A stretch of 26,872 nt of DNA, from NCBI GenBank assembly GCA_002189035.1, contig NEEC01000237.1, positions 1 to 26,872 on the forward strand. The letters run 5' to 3'. Position 1 is the stretch's first letter. Each line of letters begins with the position of its first letter. Position numbers and translations under genes: made by a program. Under the pieces are notes generated by a model. It was not told the origin of the DNA, did not search any database, and saw only the letters and a program-made list of their open reading frames with translations. The DNA is from Utricularia gibba (Eukaryota > Plantae > Magnoliophyta). Shown piece by piece: positions 12,101-24,235 of this stretch.

Positions 12101-14002
12101 TGAAATGCATATGTTTTGCAAGCGAGAAATCCATTCGCGTCGAATCGGAAGTCCCGAGTCGCATCATCGCGAACGTCGTGGCCACTTTGTGGCACAATTG
12201 AAGGCTAATATAAGGCAATAATTCGAGCTCTGATACATCGTCGAACGACAAAGCTTTCAAAACGGAAGATGACCGCCTCGGAATGAGCTTCGAAACGGTG
12301 TGTCGTGCGCAACGTGGCTCATCACGGTTTTAAGATATCGACAAAATACGGAATGGTGCACGAGGCCTTCATCAGGTGTGGGTTGGAACACAACCGTGGC
12401 ATTGTAAGGGATCGCCTCAAAAAAAAATTTCACACCTTCCAATGAAATGCATATGTTTTGCAAGCGAGAAATCCATTTGCGTCGAATCGGAAGTCCGAGT
12501 CGCATCATCGCGAACGTCGTGGCCACTTTGTGGCACAATTGAAGGGTAATATAAGGAAATAATTCGAGCTCTGATATATTGTCGGACGACGAAGCTTCAA
12601 AAACGGAAGATGACCGCCGGAATGAGCTTCGAAACGGTGTGTCGTGCGCAACGTGGCTCATCACGGTTTTCAAGATATCGACAAAATACGGAATGGTGCA
12701 CGAGGCCTTCATCAGGTGTGGGTTGGAACACACCGTGGCATTGTAAGGATCGCCTCAAAAACGAAAATTTCACACCTTCCAATGAAATCCATATGTTTGA
12801 AAGCGAGAAATCCATTTGCGTCGAATCGGAAGCCCCGAGTCGCATCATCGCGAACGTCGTGGCCACTTTGTGGCACAATTGAAGGGTAATATAAGGCAAT
12901 AATTCGAGCTCTGATACATCGTCGGACGACGAAGCTTCCAAAACGGAAGATGACCGCCCTGGAATGAGCTTCGAAACGGTGTGTCGTGCGCAACGTGGCT
13001 CATCACGGTTTCAAGATATCGAAAAATACGGAATGGTGCACGAGGCCTTCATCAGGTGTGGGTTGGAACACAACCGTGGCATTGTAAGGGATCGCCTCAA
13101 AAACAAAAATTTCACACCTTCCAATGAAATGCATATGTTTTGCAAGCGAGAAATCACATTTGCGTCGAATTGGAAGCCCCGAGTCGCATCATCGCGAACG
13201 TCGTGGCCACTTTGTGGCACAATTGAAGGCTAATATAAGGCAATAATTCGAGCTCTGATAATCGTCGGACGACGAAGCTTCAAAAACGGAAGATGACCGC
13301 CTGGAATGAGCTTCGAAACGGTGTGTCGTGTGCAACGGCTCATCACGGTTTTCAAGATATCGAAAAATACGGAATGGTGCACGAGGCCTGCATCAGGTGT
13401 GGGTTGGAACACAACCGTGGCATTGTAAGGGTCGCCTCTAAAACAAAAATTTCACACCTTCCAATGAAATGCATATGTTTTGAAAGCGAGAAATCCATTC
13501 GCGTCGAATCGGAAGTCCGAGGTCGCATCATCGCGAACGTCGTGGCCACTTTGTGGCACAATTGAAGGTAATATAAGGCAATAATTCGAGCTCTGATACA
13601 TCGTCGGACGACGAAGCTTCAAAAACGGAAGATGACCGCTCTGGAATGAGCTTCGAAACGGTGTGTCGTGTGCAACGGCTCATCACGGTTTTCAAGATAT
13701 TTACAAAATACGGAATGGTGCACGAGGCCTGCATCAGGTGTGGGTTGGAACACAACCGTGGCATTGTAAGGGATCGCCTCTAAAACAAAAATTTCACACC
13801 TTCCAATGAAATCCATATGTTTGAAGCGAGAAAACCCATTCGCGTCGAATCGGAAGTCCGAGGTCGCATCATCGCGAACGTCGTGGCCACTTTGTGGCAC
13901 AATTGAAGGGTAATATAAGGCAATAATTCGAGCTCTGATACATCGTCGGACGACGAAGCTTCAAAAACGGAAGATGACCGCTCTGGAATGAGCTTCGAAA
14001 CG

Positions 14003-17000
14003 GTGTGTCGTGTGCAACAAGGCTCATCACGGTTTTCAAGATATTTACAAAATACGGAATGGTGCACGAGGCCTTCATCAGGTGTGGGTTGGAACACAAC
14101 CGTGGCATTGTAAGGGATCGCCTCTAAAACAAAAATTTCACACCTTCCAATGAAATCCATATGTTTGAAGCGAGAAATCCCATTCGCGTCGAATCGGAAG
14201 TCCGAGGTCGCATCATCGCGAACGTCGTGGCCACTTTGTGGCACAATTGAAGGCTAATATAAGGCAATAATTCGAGCTCTGATATATTGTCGACGACAAG
14301 CTTCAAAACGGAAGATGACCGCCTGGAATGAGCTTCGAAACGGTGTGTCGTGCGAAACGTGGCTCATCACGGTTTTCAAGATATCGATAAAATACGGAAT
14401 GGTGCACGAGGCCTGCATCAGGTGTGGGTTGGAACACACCGTGGCATTGTAAGGGATCGCCTCAAAAACGAAAATTTCACACCTTCCAATGAAATGCATA
14501 TGTTTTGCAAGCGAGAAATACATTCGCGTCGAATCGGAAGTCCCAGTCGCATCATCGCGAACGTCGTGGCCACTTTGTGGCACAATTGAAGGCTAATATA
14601 AGGCAATAATTCGAGCTCTGATACATCGTCGAACGACGAAGCTTCAAAACGGAAGATGACCGCCTCGGAATGAGCTTCGAAACGGTGTGTCGTGCGCAAC
14701 GCGGCTCATCACGGTTTTCAAGATATCGACAAAATACGGAATGGTGCACGAGGCCTTCATCAGGTGTGGGTTGGAACACACCGTGGCATTGTAAGGATCG
14801 CCTCAAAAACGAAAATTTCACACCTTCCAATGAAATCCATATGTTTGAAAGCGAGAAATCCCATTCGCGTCGAATCGGAAGTCCGAGGTCGCATCATCGC
14901 GAACGTCGTGGCCACTTTGTGGCACAATTGAAGGGTAATATAAGGCAATAATTCGAGCTCTGATACATCGTCGGACGACGAAGCTTCAAAACGGAAGATG
15001 ACCGCCCTGAATGAGCTTCGAAACGGTGTGTCGTGCGCAACGTGGCTCATCACGGTTTTCAAGATATCGACAAAATACGGAATGGTGCACGAGGCCTGCA
15101 TCAGGTGTGGGTTGGAACACAACGTGCATTGTAAGGGATCGCCTCAAAACAAAAATTTCACACCTTCCAATGAAATGCATATGTTTTGCAAGCGAGAAAT
15201 CCCATTCGCGTCGAATCGGAAGTCCCGAGTCGCATCATCGCGAACGTCGTGGCCACTTTGTGGCACAATTGAAGGCTAATATAAGGCAATAATTCGAGCT
15301 CTGATACATCGTCGAACGACAAAGCTTCAAAACGGAAGATGACCGCCTCGGAATGAGCTTCGAAACGGTGTGTCATGCGCAACGCGGCTCATCACGGTTT
15401 TAAGATATCGACAAAATACGGAATGGTGCACGAGGCCTTCATCAGGTGTGGGTTGGAACACACCGTGGCATTGTAAGGATCGCCTCAAAAACGAAAATTT
15501 CACACCTTCCAATGAAATCCATATGTCTTGAAAGCGAGAAATCCCATTCGCGTCGAATCGGAAGTCCGAGGTCGCATCATCGCGAACGTCGTGGCCACTT
15601 TGTGGCACAATTGAAGGGTAATATAAGGCAATAATTCGAGCTCTGATACATCGTCGGACGACGAAGCTTCCAAAACGGAAGATGACGCCCTGGAATGAGC
15701 TTCGAAACGGTGTGTCGTGCGAACGTGGCTCATCACGGTTTTCAAGATATCGACAAAATACGGAATGGTGCACGAGGCCTGCATCAGGTGTGGGTTGGAA
15801 CACAACCGTGCATTGTAAGGGATCGCCTCAAAAACAAAAATTTCACACCTTCCAATGAAATGCATATGTTTTGCAAGCGAGAAATCCCATTCGCGTCGAA
15901 TCGGAAGTCCCGAGTCGCATCATCGCGAACGTCGTGGCCACTTTGTGGCACAATTGAAGGCTAATATAAGGCAATAATTCGAGCTCTGATACATCGTCGA
16001 ACGACGAAGCTTCAAAACGGAAGATGACCGCCTCGGAATGAGCTTCGAAACGGTGTGTCGTGCGCAACGTGGCTCATCACGGTTTTAAGATATCGACAAA
16101 ATACGGAATGGTGCACGAGGCCTTCATCAGGTGTGGGTTGGAACACACCGTGGCATTGTAAGGGATCGCCTCAAAAACGAAAATTTCACACCTTCCAATG
16201 AAATCCATATGTCTTGAAAGCGAGAAATCCCATTCGCGTCGAATCGGAAGTCCGAGGTCGCATCATCGCGAACGTCGTGGCCACTTTGTGGCACAATTGA
16301 AGGCTAATATAAGGCAATAATTCGAGCTCTGATATATCGTCGGACGACGAAGCTTCCAAAACGGAAGATGACCGCCCTGGAATGAGCTTCGAAACGGTGT
16401 GTCGTGCGCAACGTGGCTCATCACGGTTTCAAGATATCGAGAAAATACGGAATGGTGCACGAGGCCTGCATCAGGTGTGGGTTGGAACACAACCGTGCAT
16501 TGTAAGGGATCGCCTCAAAAACAAAAATTTCACACCTTCCAATGAAATGCATATGTTTTTGCAAGCGAGAAATCCATTCGCGTCGAATTGGAAGCCCCGA
16601 GTCGCATCATCGCGAACGTCGTGGCCACTTTGTGGCACAATTGAAGGCTAATATAAGGCAATAATTCGAGCTCTGATACATCGTCGGACGACGAAGCTTC
16701 AAAAACGGAAGATGACCGCTCTGGAATGAGCTTCGAAACGGTGTGTCGTGTGCAACAAGGCTCATCACGGTTTTCAAGATATTTACAAAATACGGAATGG
16801 TGCACGAGGCCTGCATCAGGTGTGGGTTGGAACACAACCGTGGCATTGTAAGGGTTCGCCTCTAAAACAAAAATTTCATACCTTCCAATGAAATCCATAT
16901 GTCTTGAATGCGAGAAAACCCATTCGCGTCGAATCGGAAGTCCGAGGTCGCATCATCGCGAACGTCGTGGCCACTTTGTGGCACAATTGAAGGCTAATAT

Positions 17001-17084
17001 AAGGCAATAATTCGAGCTCTGATACATCGTCGAACGACAAAGCTTCAAAACGGAAGATGACCGCCTGGAATGAGCTTCGAAACG
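14003..17084. repeat. Local two-monomer (~684 bp) higher-order alternation within the array
   Basis: Nine consecutive monomers alternate GTCCGAGGTC with the other form (GTCCC(G)AGTC or GCCCCGAGTC). In 14343-16396, monomers at 14343, 15026 and 15710 carry GCCTGC, ATGCAT, TTTTGCAAGC, GTCGAACGAC and CGCCTCGG. Monomers at 14685, 15368 and 16053 carry GCCTTC, ACACACCG, ATCCAT, GAAAGC and GTCCGAGG. Confidence 0.8.
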
Positions 17085-20000
17085 GTGTGTCGTGCGCAAC
17101 GTGGCTCATCACGGTTTTAAGATATCGACAAAATACGGAATGGTGCACGAGGCCTTCATCAGGTGTGGGTTGGAACACACCCGTGGCATTGTAAGGGATC
17201 GCCTCTAAAACGAAAATTTCACACCTTCCAATGAAATCCATATGTTTTGAAAGCGAGAAATCCCATTCGCGTCGAATCGGAAGTCCGAGGTCGCATCATC
17301 GCGAACGTCGTGGCCACTTTGTGGCACAATTGAAGGGTAATATAAGGCAATAATTCGAGCTCTGATATATTGTCGGACGACGAAGCTTCAAAACGGAAGA
17401 TGACCGCCCTGGAATGAGCTTCGAAACGGTGTGTCGTGCGCAACGTGGCTCATCACGGTTTTCAAGATATCGACAAAATACGGAATGGTGCACGAGGCCT
17501 GCATCAGGTGTGGGTTGGAACACAACCGTGGCATTGTAAGGGATCGCCTCTAAAACGAAAATTTCACACCTTCCAATGAAATGCATATGTTTTGCAAGCG
17601 AGAAATCACATTTGCGTCGAATTGGAAGCCCCGAGTCGCATCATCGCGAACGTCGTGGCCACTTTGTGGCACAATTGAAGGGTAATATAAGGAATAATTC
17701 GAGCTCTGATATATTGTCGGACGACGAAGCTTCAAAAACGGAAGATGACCGCCCTGGAATGAGCTTCGAAACGGTGTGTCGTGCGCAACGTGGCTCATCA
17801 CGGTTTCAAGATATCGAGAAAAATACGGAATGGTGCACGAGGCCTTCATCAGGTGTGGGTTGGAACACAACCGTGGCATTGTAAGGGATCGCCTCTAAAA
17901 CGAAAATTTCACACCTTCCAATGAAATGCATATGTTTTGCAAGCGAGAAATCCATTTGCGTCGAATCGGAAGCCCGAGTCGCATCATCGCGAACGTCGTG
18001 GCCACTTTGTGGCACAATTGAAGGGTAATATAAGGAATAATTCGAGCTCTGATATATTGTCGGACGACGAAGCTTCAAAAACGGAAGATGACCGCCTGGA
18101 ATGAGCTTCGAAACGGTGTGTCGTGCGCAACGTGGCTCATCACGGTTTCAAGATATCGAGAAAATACGGAATGGTGCACGAGGCCTGCATCAGGTGTGGG
18201 TTGGAACACAACCGTGGCATTGTAAGGGATCGCCTCTAAAACGAAAATTTCACACCTTCCAATGAAATGCATATGTTTTGAAGCGAGAAATCATTTGCGT
18301 CGAATCGGAAGCCCCGAGTCGCATCATCGCGAACGTCGTGGCCACTTTGTGGCACAATTGAAGGGTAATATAAGGCAATAATTCGAGCTCTAATACATCG
18401 TCGGACGACGAAGCTTCCAAAACGGAAGATGACGCCCTGGAATGAGCTTCGAAACGGTGTGTCGTGCGAAACGTGGCTCATCACGGTTTTCAAGATATCG
18501 ACAAAATACGGAATGGTGCACGAGGCCTGCATCAGGTGTGGGTTGGAACACAACGTGCCATTGTAAGGGATCGCCTCAAAAACAAAAATTTCACACCTTC
18601 CAATGAAATGCATATGTTTTGCAAGCGAGAAATCCCATTCGCGTCGAATCGGAAGTCCCGAGTCGCATCATCGCGAACGTCGTGGCCACTTGTGGCACAA
18701 TTGAAGGCTAATATAAGGCAATAATTCGAGCTCTGATACATCGTCGAACGACAAAGCTTCAAAACGGAAGATGACCGCCTCGGAATGAGCTTCGAAACGG
18801 TGTGTCGTGCGCAACGTGGCTCATCACGGTTTTCAAGATATCGACAAAATACGGAATGGTGCACGAGGCCTGCATCAGGTGTGGGTTGGAACACACCCGT
18901 GGCATTGTAAGGGATCGCCTCAAAACGAAAATTTCACACCTTCCAATGAAATCCATATGTTTGAAAGCGAGAAATCCCATTCGCGTCGAATCGGAAGTCC
19001 GAGGTCGCATCATCGCGAACGTCGTGGCCACTTTGTGGCACAATTGAAGGCTAATATAAGGCAATAATTCGAGCTCTGATATATTGTCGGACGACGAAGC
19101 TTCAAAACGGAAGATGACCGCCCTGGAATGAGCTTCGAAACGGTGTGTCGTGCAAACGTGGCTCATCACGGTTTTCAAGATATCGAAAATACGGAATGGT
19201 GCACGAGGCCTTCATCAGGTGTGGGTTGGAACACAACCGTGGCATTGTAAGGGATCGCCTCAAAAACAAAAATTTCACACCTTCCAATGAAATGCATATG
19301 TTTTGAAGCGAGAAATCCATTTGCGTCGAATCGGAAGCCCGAGTCGCATCATCGCGAACGTCGTGGCACTTTGTGGCACAATTGAAGGCTAATATAAGGC
19401 AATAATTCGAGCTCTGATACATCGTCGGACGACGAAGCTTCAAAAACGGAAGATGACCGCTCTGGAATGAGCTTCGAAACGGTGTGTCGTGCGCAACGTG
19501 GCTCATCACGGTTTTCAAGATATCGAAAAAATACGGAATGGTGCACGAGGCCTTCATCAGGTGTGGGTTGGAACACAACGTGGCATTGTAAGGGATCGCC
19601 TCTAAAACGAAAATTTCACACCTTCCAATGAAATGCATATGTTTTGAAGCGAGAAATCCATTCGCGTCGAATCGGAAGTCCCGAGTCGCATCATCGCGAA
19701 CGTCGTGGCCACTTTGTGGCACAATTGAAGGCTAATATAAGGCAATAATTCGAGCTCTGATATATTGTCGGACGACGAAGCTTCAAAACGGAAGATGACC
19801 GCCTGGAATGAGCTTCGAAACGGTGTGTCGTGCGCAACGTGGCTCATCACGGTTTCAAGATATCGAAAATACGGAATGGTGCACGAGGCCTTCATCAGGT
19901 GTGGGTTGGAACACAACCGTGGCATTGTAAGGGATCGCTCTAAAACGAAATTTCACACCTTCCAATGAAATGCATATGTTTTGCAAGCGAGAAATCACAT

Positions 20001-23000
20001 TTGCGTCGAATCGGAAGCCCGAGTCGCATCATCGCGAACGTCGTGGCCACTTTGTGGCACAATTGAAGGCTAATATAAGGCAATAATTCGAGCTCTGATA
20101 CATCGTCGGACGACGAAGCTTCAAAAACGGAAGATGACCGCCCTGGAATGAGCTTCGAAACGGTGTGTCGTGCCTCATCACGGTTTTCAAGATATCGAAA
20201 ATACGGAATGGTGCACGAGGCCTGCATCAGGTGTGGGTTGGAACACAACGTGCATTGTAAGGGATCGCCTCAAAAAACAAAAATTTCACCTTCCAATGAA
20301 ATGCATATGTTTTTGCAAGCGAGAAATCCCATTCGCGTCGAATCGGAAGTCCCGAGTCGCATCATCGCGAACGTCGTGGCCACTTTGTGGCACAATTGAA
20401 GGCTAATATAAGGCAATAATTCGAGCTCTGATACATCGTCGAACGACAAAGCTTCAAAACGGAAGATGACCGCCGGAATGAGCTTCGAACGGTGTGTTGC
20501 GCAACGTGGCTCATCACGGTTTCAAGATATCGACAAAATACGGAATGGTGCACGAGGCCTGCATCAGGTGTGGGTTGGAACACAACCGTGGCATTGTAAG
20601 GGATCGCCTCAAAAACGAAAATTTCACACCTTCCAATGAAATCCATATGTTTGAAAGCGAGAAATCATTCGCGTCGAATCGGAAGTCCGAGGTCGCATCA
20701 TCGCGAACGTCGTGGCCACTTTGTGGCACAATTGAAGGGTAATATAAGGCAATAATTCGAGCTCTGATACATCGTCGGACGACGAAGCTTCAAAACGGAA
20801 GATGACCGCCCTGGAATGAGCTTCGAAACGGTGTGTCGTGCGCAACGTGGCTCATCACGGTTTTCAAGATATCGAAAAATACGGAATGGTGCACGAGGCC
20901 TGCATCAGGTGTGGGTTGGAACACAACCGTGGCATTGTAAGGGATCGCCTCAAAAAAAAATTTCACACCTTCCAATGAAATGCATATGTTTTGAAGCGAG
21001 AAATCCATTTGCGTCGAATTGGAAGCCCGAGTCGCATCATCGAACGTCGTGGCCACTTTGTGGCACAATTGAAGGCTAATATAAGGCAATAATTCGAGCT
21101 CTGATACATCGTCGGACGACGAAGCTTCAAAAACGGAAGATGACCGCTGGAATGAGCTTCGAAACGGTGTGTCGTGTGCAAGGCTCATCACGGTTTTCAA
21201 GATATCGACAAAATACGGAATGGTGCACGAGGCCTGCATCAGGTGTGGGTTGGAACACAACCGTGGCATTGTAAGGGATCGCCTCTAAAACAAAATTTCA
21301 CACCTTCCAATGAAATGCATATGTTTGAAGCGAGAAATCCATTCGCGTCGAATCGGAAGTCCGAGTCGCATCATCGCGAACGTCGTGGCCACTTTGTGGC
21401 ACAATTGAAGGCTAATATAAGGCAATAATTCGAGCTCTGATATATTGTCGAACGACGAAGCTTCAAAACGGAAGATGACCGCCTGGAATGAGCTTCGAAA
21501 CGGTGTGTCGTGCGCAACGTGGCTCATCACGGTTTTCAAGATATCGATAAAAATACGGAATGGTGCACGGGCCTGCATCAGGTGTGGGTTGGAACACACC
21601 CGTGGCATTGTAAGGGATCGCCTCTAAAACGAAAATTTCACACCTTCCAATGAAATGCATATGTTTGAAAGCGAGAAATCCATTCGCGTCGAATCGGAAG
21701 TCCGAGGTCGCATCATCGCGAACGTCGTGGCCACTTTGTGGCACAATTGAAGGGTAATATAAGGCAATAATTCGAGCTCTGATATATTGTCGGACGACGA
21801 AGCTTCAAAACGGAAGATGACCGCCCTGGAATGAGCTTCGAAACGGTGTGTCGTGCGCAACGTGGCTCATCACGGTTTTCAAGATATCGACAAAATACGG
21901 AATGGTGCACGAGGCCTGCATCAGGTGTGGGTTGGAACACAACCGTGGCATTGTAAGGGATCGCCTCTAAAAACGAAAATTTCACCTTCCAATGAAATGC
22001 ATATGTTTTGAAGCGAGAAATCCATTCGCGTCGAATCGGAAGTCCGAGTCGCATCATCGCGAACGTCGTGGCCACTTTGTGGCACAATTGAAGGGTAATA
22101 TAAGGCAATAATTCGAGCTCTGATATATTGTCGGACGACGAAGCTTCAAAAACGGAAGATGACCGCCCTGGAATGAGCTTCGAAACGGTGTGTCGTGCGC
22201 AACGTGGCTCATCACGGTTTCAAGATATCGAAAAATACGGAATGGTGCACGAGGCCTGCATCAGGTGTGGGTTGGAACACAACCGTGGCATTGTAAGGGA
22301 TCGCCTCTAAAACAAAAATTTCACACCTTCCAATGAAATGCATATGTTTTGAAGCGAGAAATCCATTTGCGTCGAATCGGAAGCCCCGAGTCGCATCATC
22401 GCGAACGTCGTGGCCACTTTGTGGCACAATTGAAGGCTAATATAAGGCAATAATTCGAGCTCTGATATATTGTCGGACGACGAAGCTTCAAAAACGGAAG
22501 ATGACCGCCTGGAATGAGCTTCGAAACGGTGTGTCGTGCGCAACGTGGCTCATCACGGTTTTCAAGATATCGACAAAATACGGAATGGTGCACGAGGCCT
22601 TCATCAGGTGTGGGTTGGAACACACCGTGGCATTGTAAGGGATCGCCTCTAAAACAAAATTTCACACCTTCCAATGAAATCATATGTTTTGAAGCGAGAA
22701 ATCCATTCGCGTCGAATCGGAAGTCCGAGTCGCATCATCGCGAACGTCGTGGCCACTTTGTGGCACAATTGAAGGTAATATAAGGCAATAATTCGAGCTC
22801 TGATATATTGTCGGACGACGAAGCTTCAAAACGGAAGATGACCGCCCTGGAATGAGCTTCGAAACGGTGTGTCGTGCGCAACGTGGCTCATCACGGTTTC
22901 AAGATATCGACAAAATACGGAATGGTGCACGAGGCCTGCATCAGGTGTGGGTTGGAACACAACCGTGGCATTGTAAGGGATCGCCTCTAAAACAAAAATT

Positions 23001-24235
23001 TCACACCTTCCAATGAAATCCATATGTTTTGAAGCGAGAAATCCATTTCGCGTCGAATCGGAAGTCCGAGGTCGCATCATCGCGAACGTCGTGGCCACTT
23101 TGTGGCACAATTGAAGGCTAATATAAGGCAATAATTCGAGCTCTGATATATCGTCGGACGACGAAGCTTCAAAAACGGAAGATGACCGCCCTGGAATGAG
23201 CTTCGAAACGGTGTGTCGTGCAACGTGGCTCATCACGGTTTTCAAGATATCGACAAAATACGGAATGGTGCACGAGGCCTGCATCAGGTGTGGGTTGGAA
23301 CACAACCGTGGCATTGTAAGGGATCGCCTCTAAAAAAAAATTTCACACCTTCCAATGAAATGCATATGTTTTGAAGCGAGAAATCCATTCGCGTCGAATC
23401 GGAAGTCCGAGTCGCATCATCGCGAACGTCGTGGCCACTTTGTGGCACAATTGAAGGCTAATATAAGGCAATAATTCGAGCTCTGATACATTGTCGGACG
23501 ACGAAGCTTCAAAAACGGAAGATGACCGCCCTGGAATGAGCTTCGAAACGGTGTGTCGTGCGCAACGTGGCTCATCACGGTTTTCAAGATATCGAAAAAA
23601 TACGGAATGGTGCACGAGGCCTTCATCAGGTGTGGGTTGGAACACAACCGTGGCATTGTAAGGGATCGCCTCAAAACAAAAATTTCACACCTTCCAATGA
23701 AATGCATATGTTTTGAAGCGAGAAATCCATTCGCGTCGAATCGGAAGTCCGAGTCGCATCATCGCGAACGTCGTGGCCACTTTGTGGCACAATTGAAGGC
23801 TAATATAAGGCAATATTCGAGCTCTGATACATCGTCGGACGACGAAGCTTCAAAACGGAAGATGACCGCCCTGGAATGAGCTTCGAAACGGTGTGTCGTG
23901 CGCAACGTGGCTCATCACGGTTTTCAAGATATATCGACAAAATACGGAATGGTGCACGAGGCCTGCATCAGGTGTGGGTTGGAACACAACCGTGGCATTG
24001 TAAGGGATCGCCTCTAAAACAAAATTTCACACCTTCCAATGAAATGCATATGTTTTGAAGCGAGAAATCCATTTGCGTCGAATCGGAAGCCCCGAGTCGC
24101 ATCATCGCGAACGTCGTGGCCACTTTGTGGCACAATTGAAGGCTAATATAAGGCAATAATTCGAGCTCTGATATATTGTCGGACGACGAAGCTTCAAAAA
24201 CGGAAGATGACCGCCTCGGAATGAGCTTCGAAACG

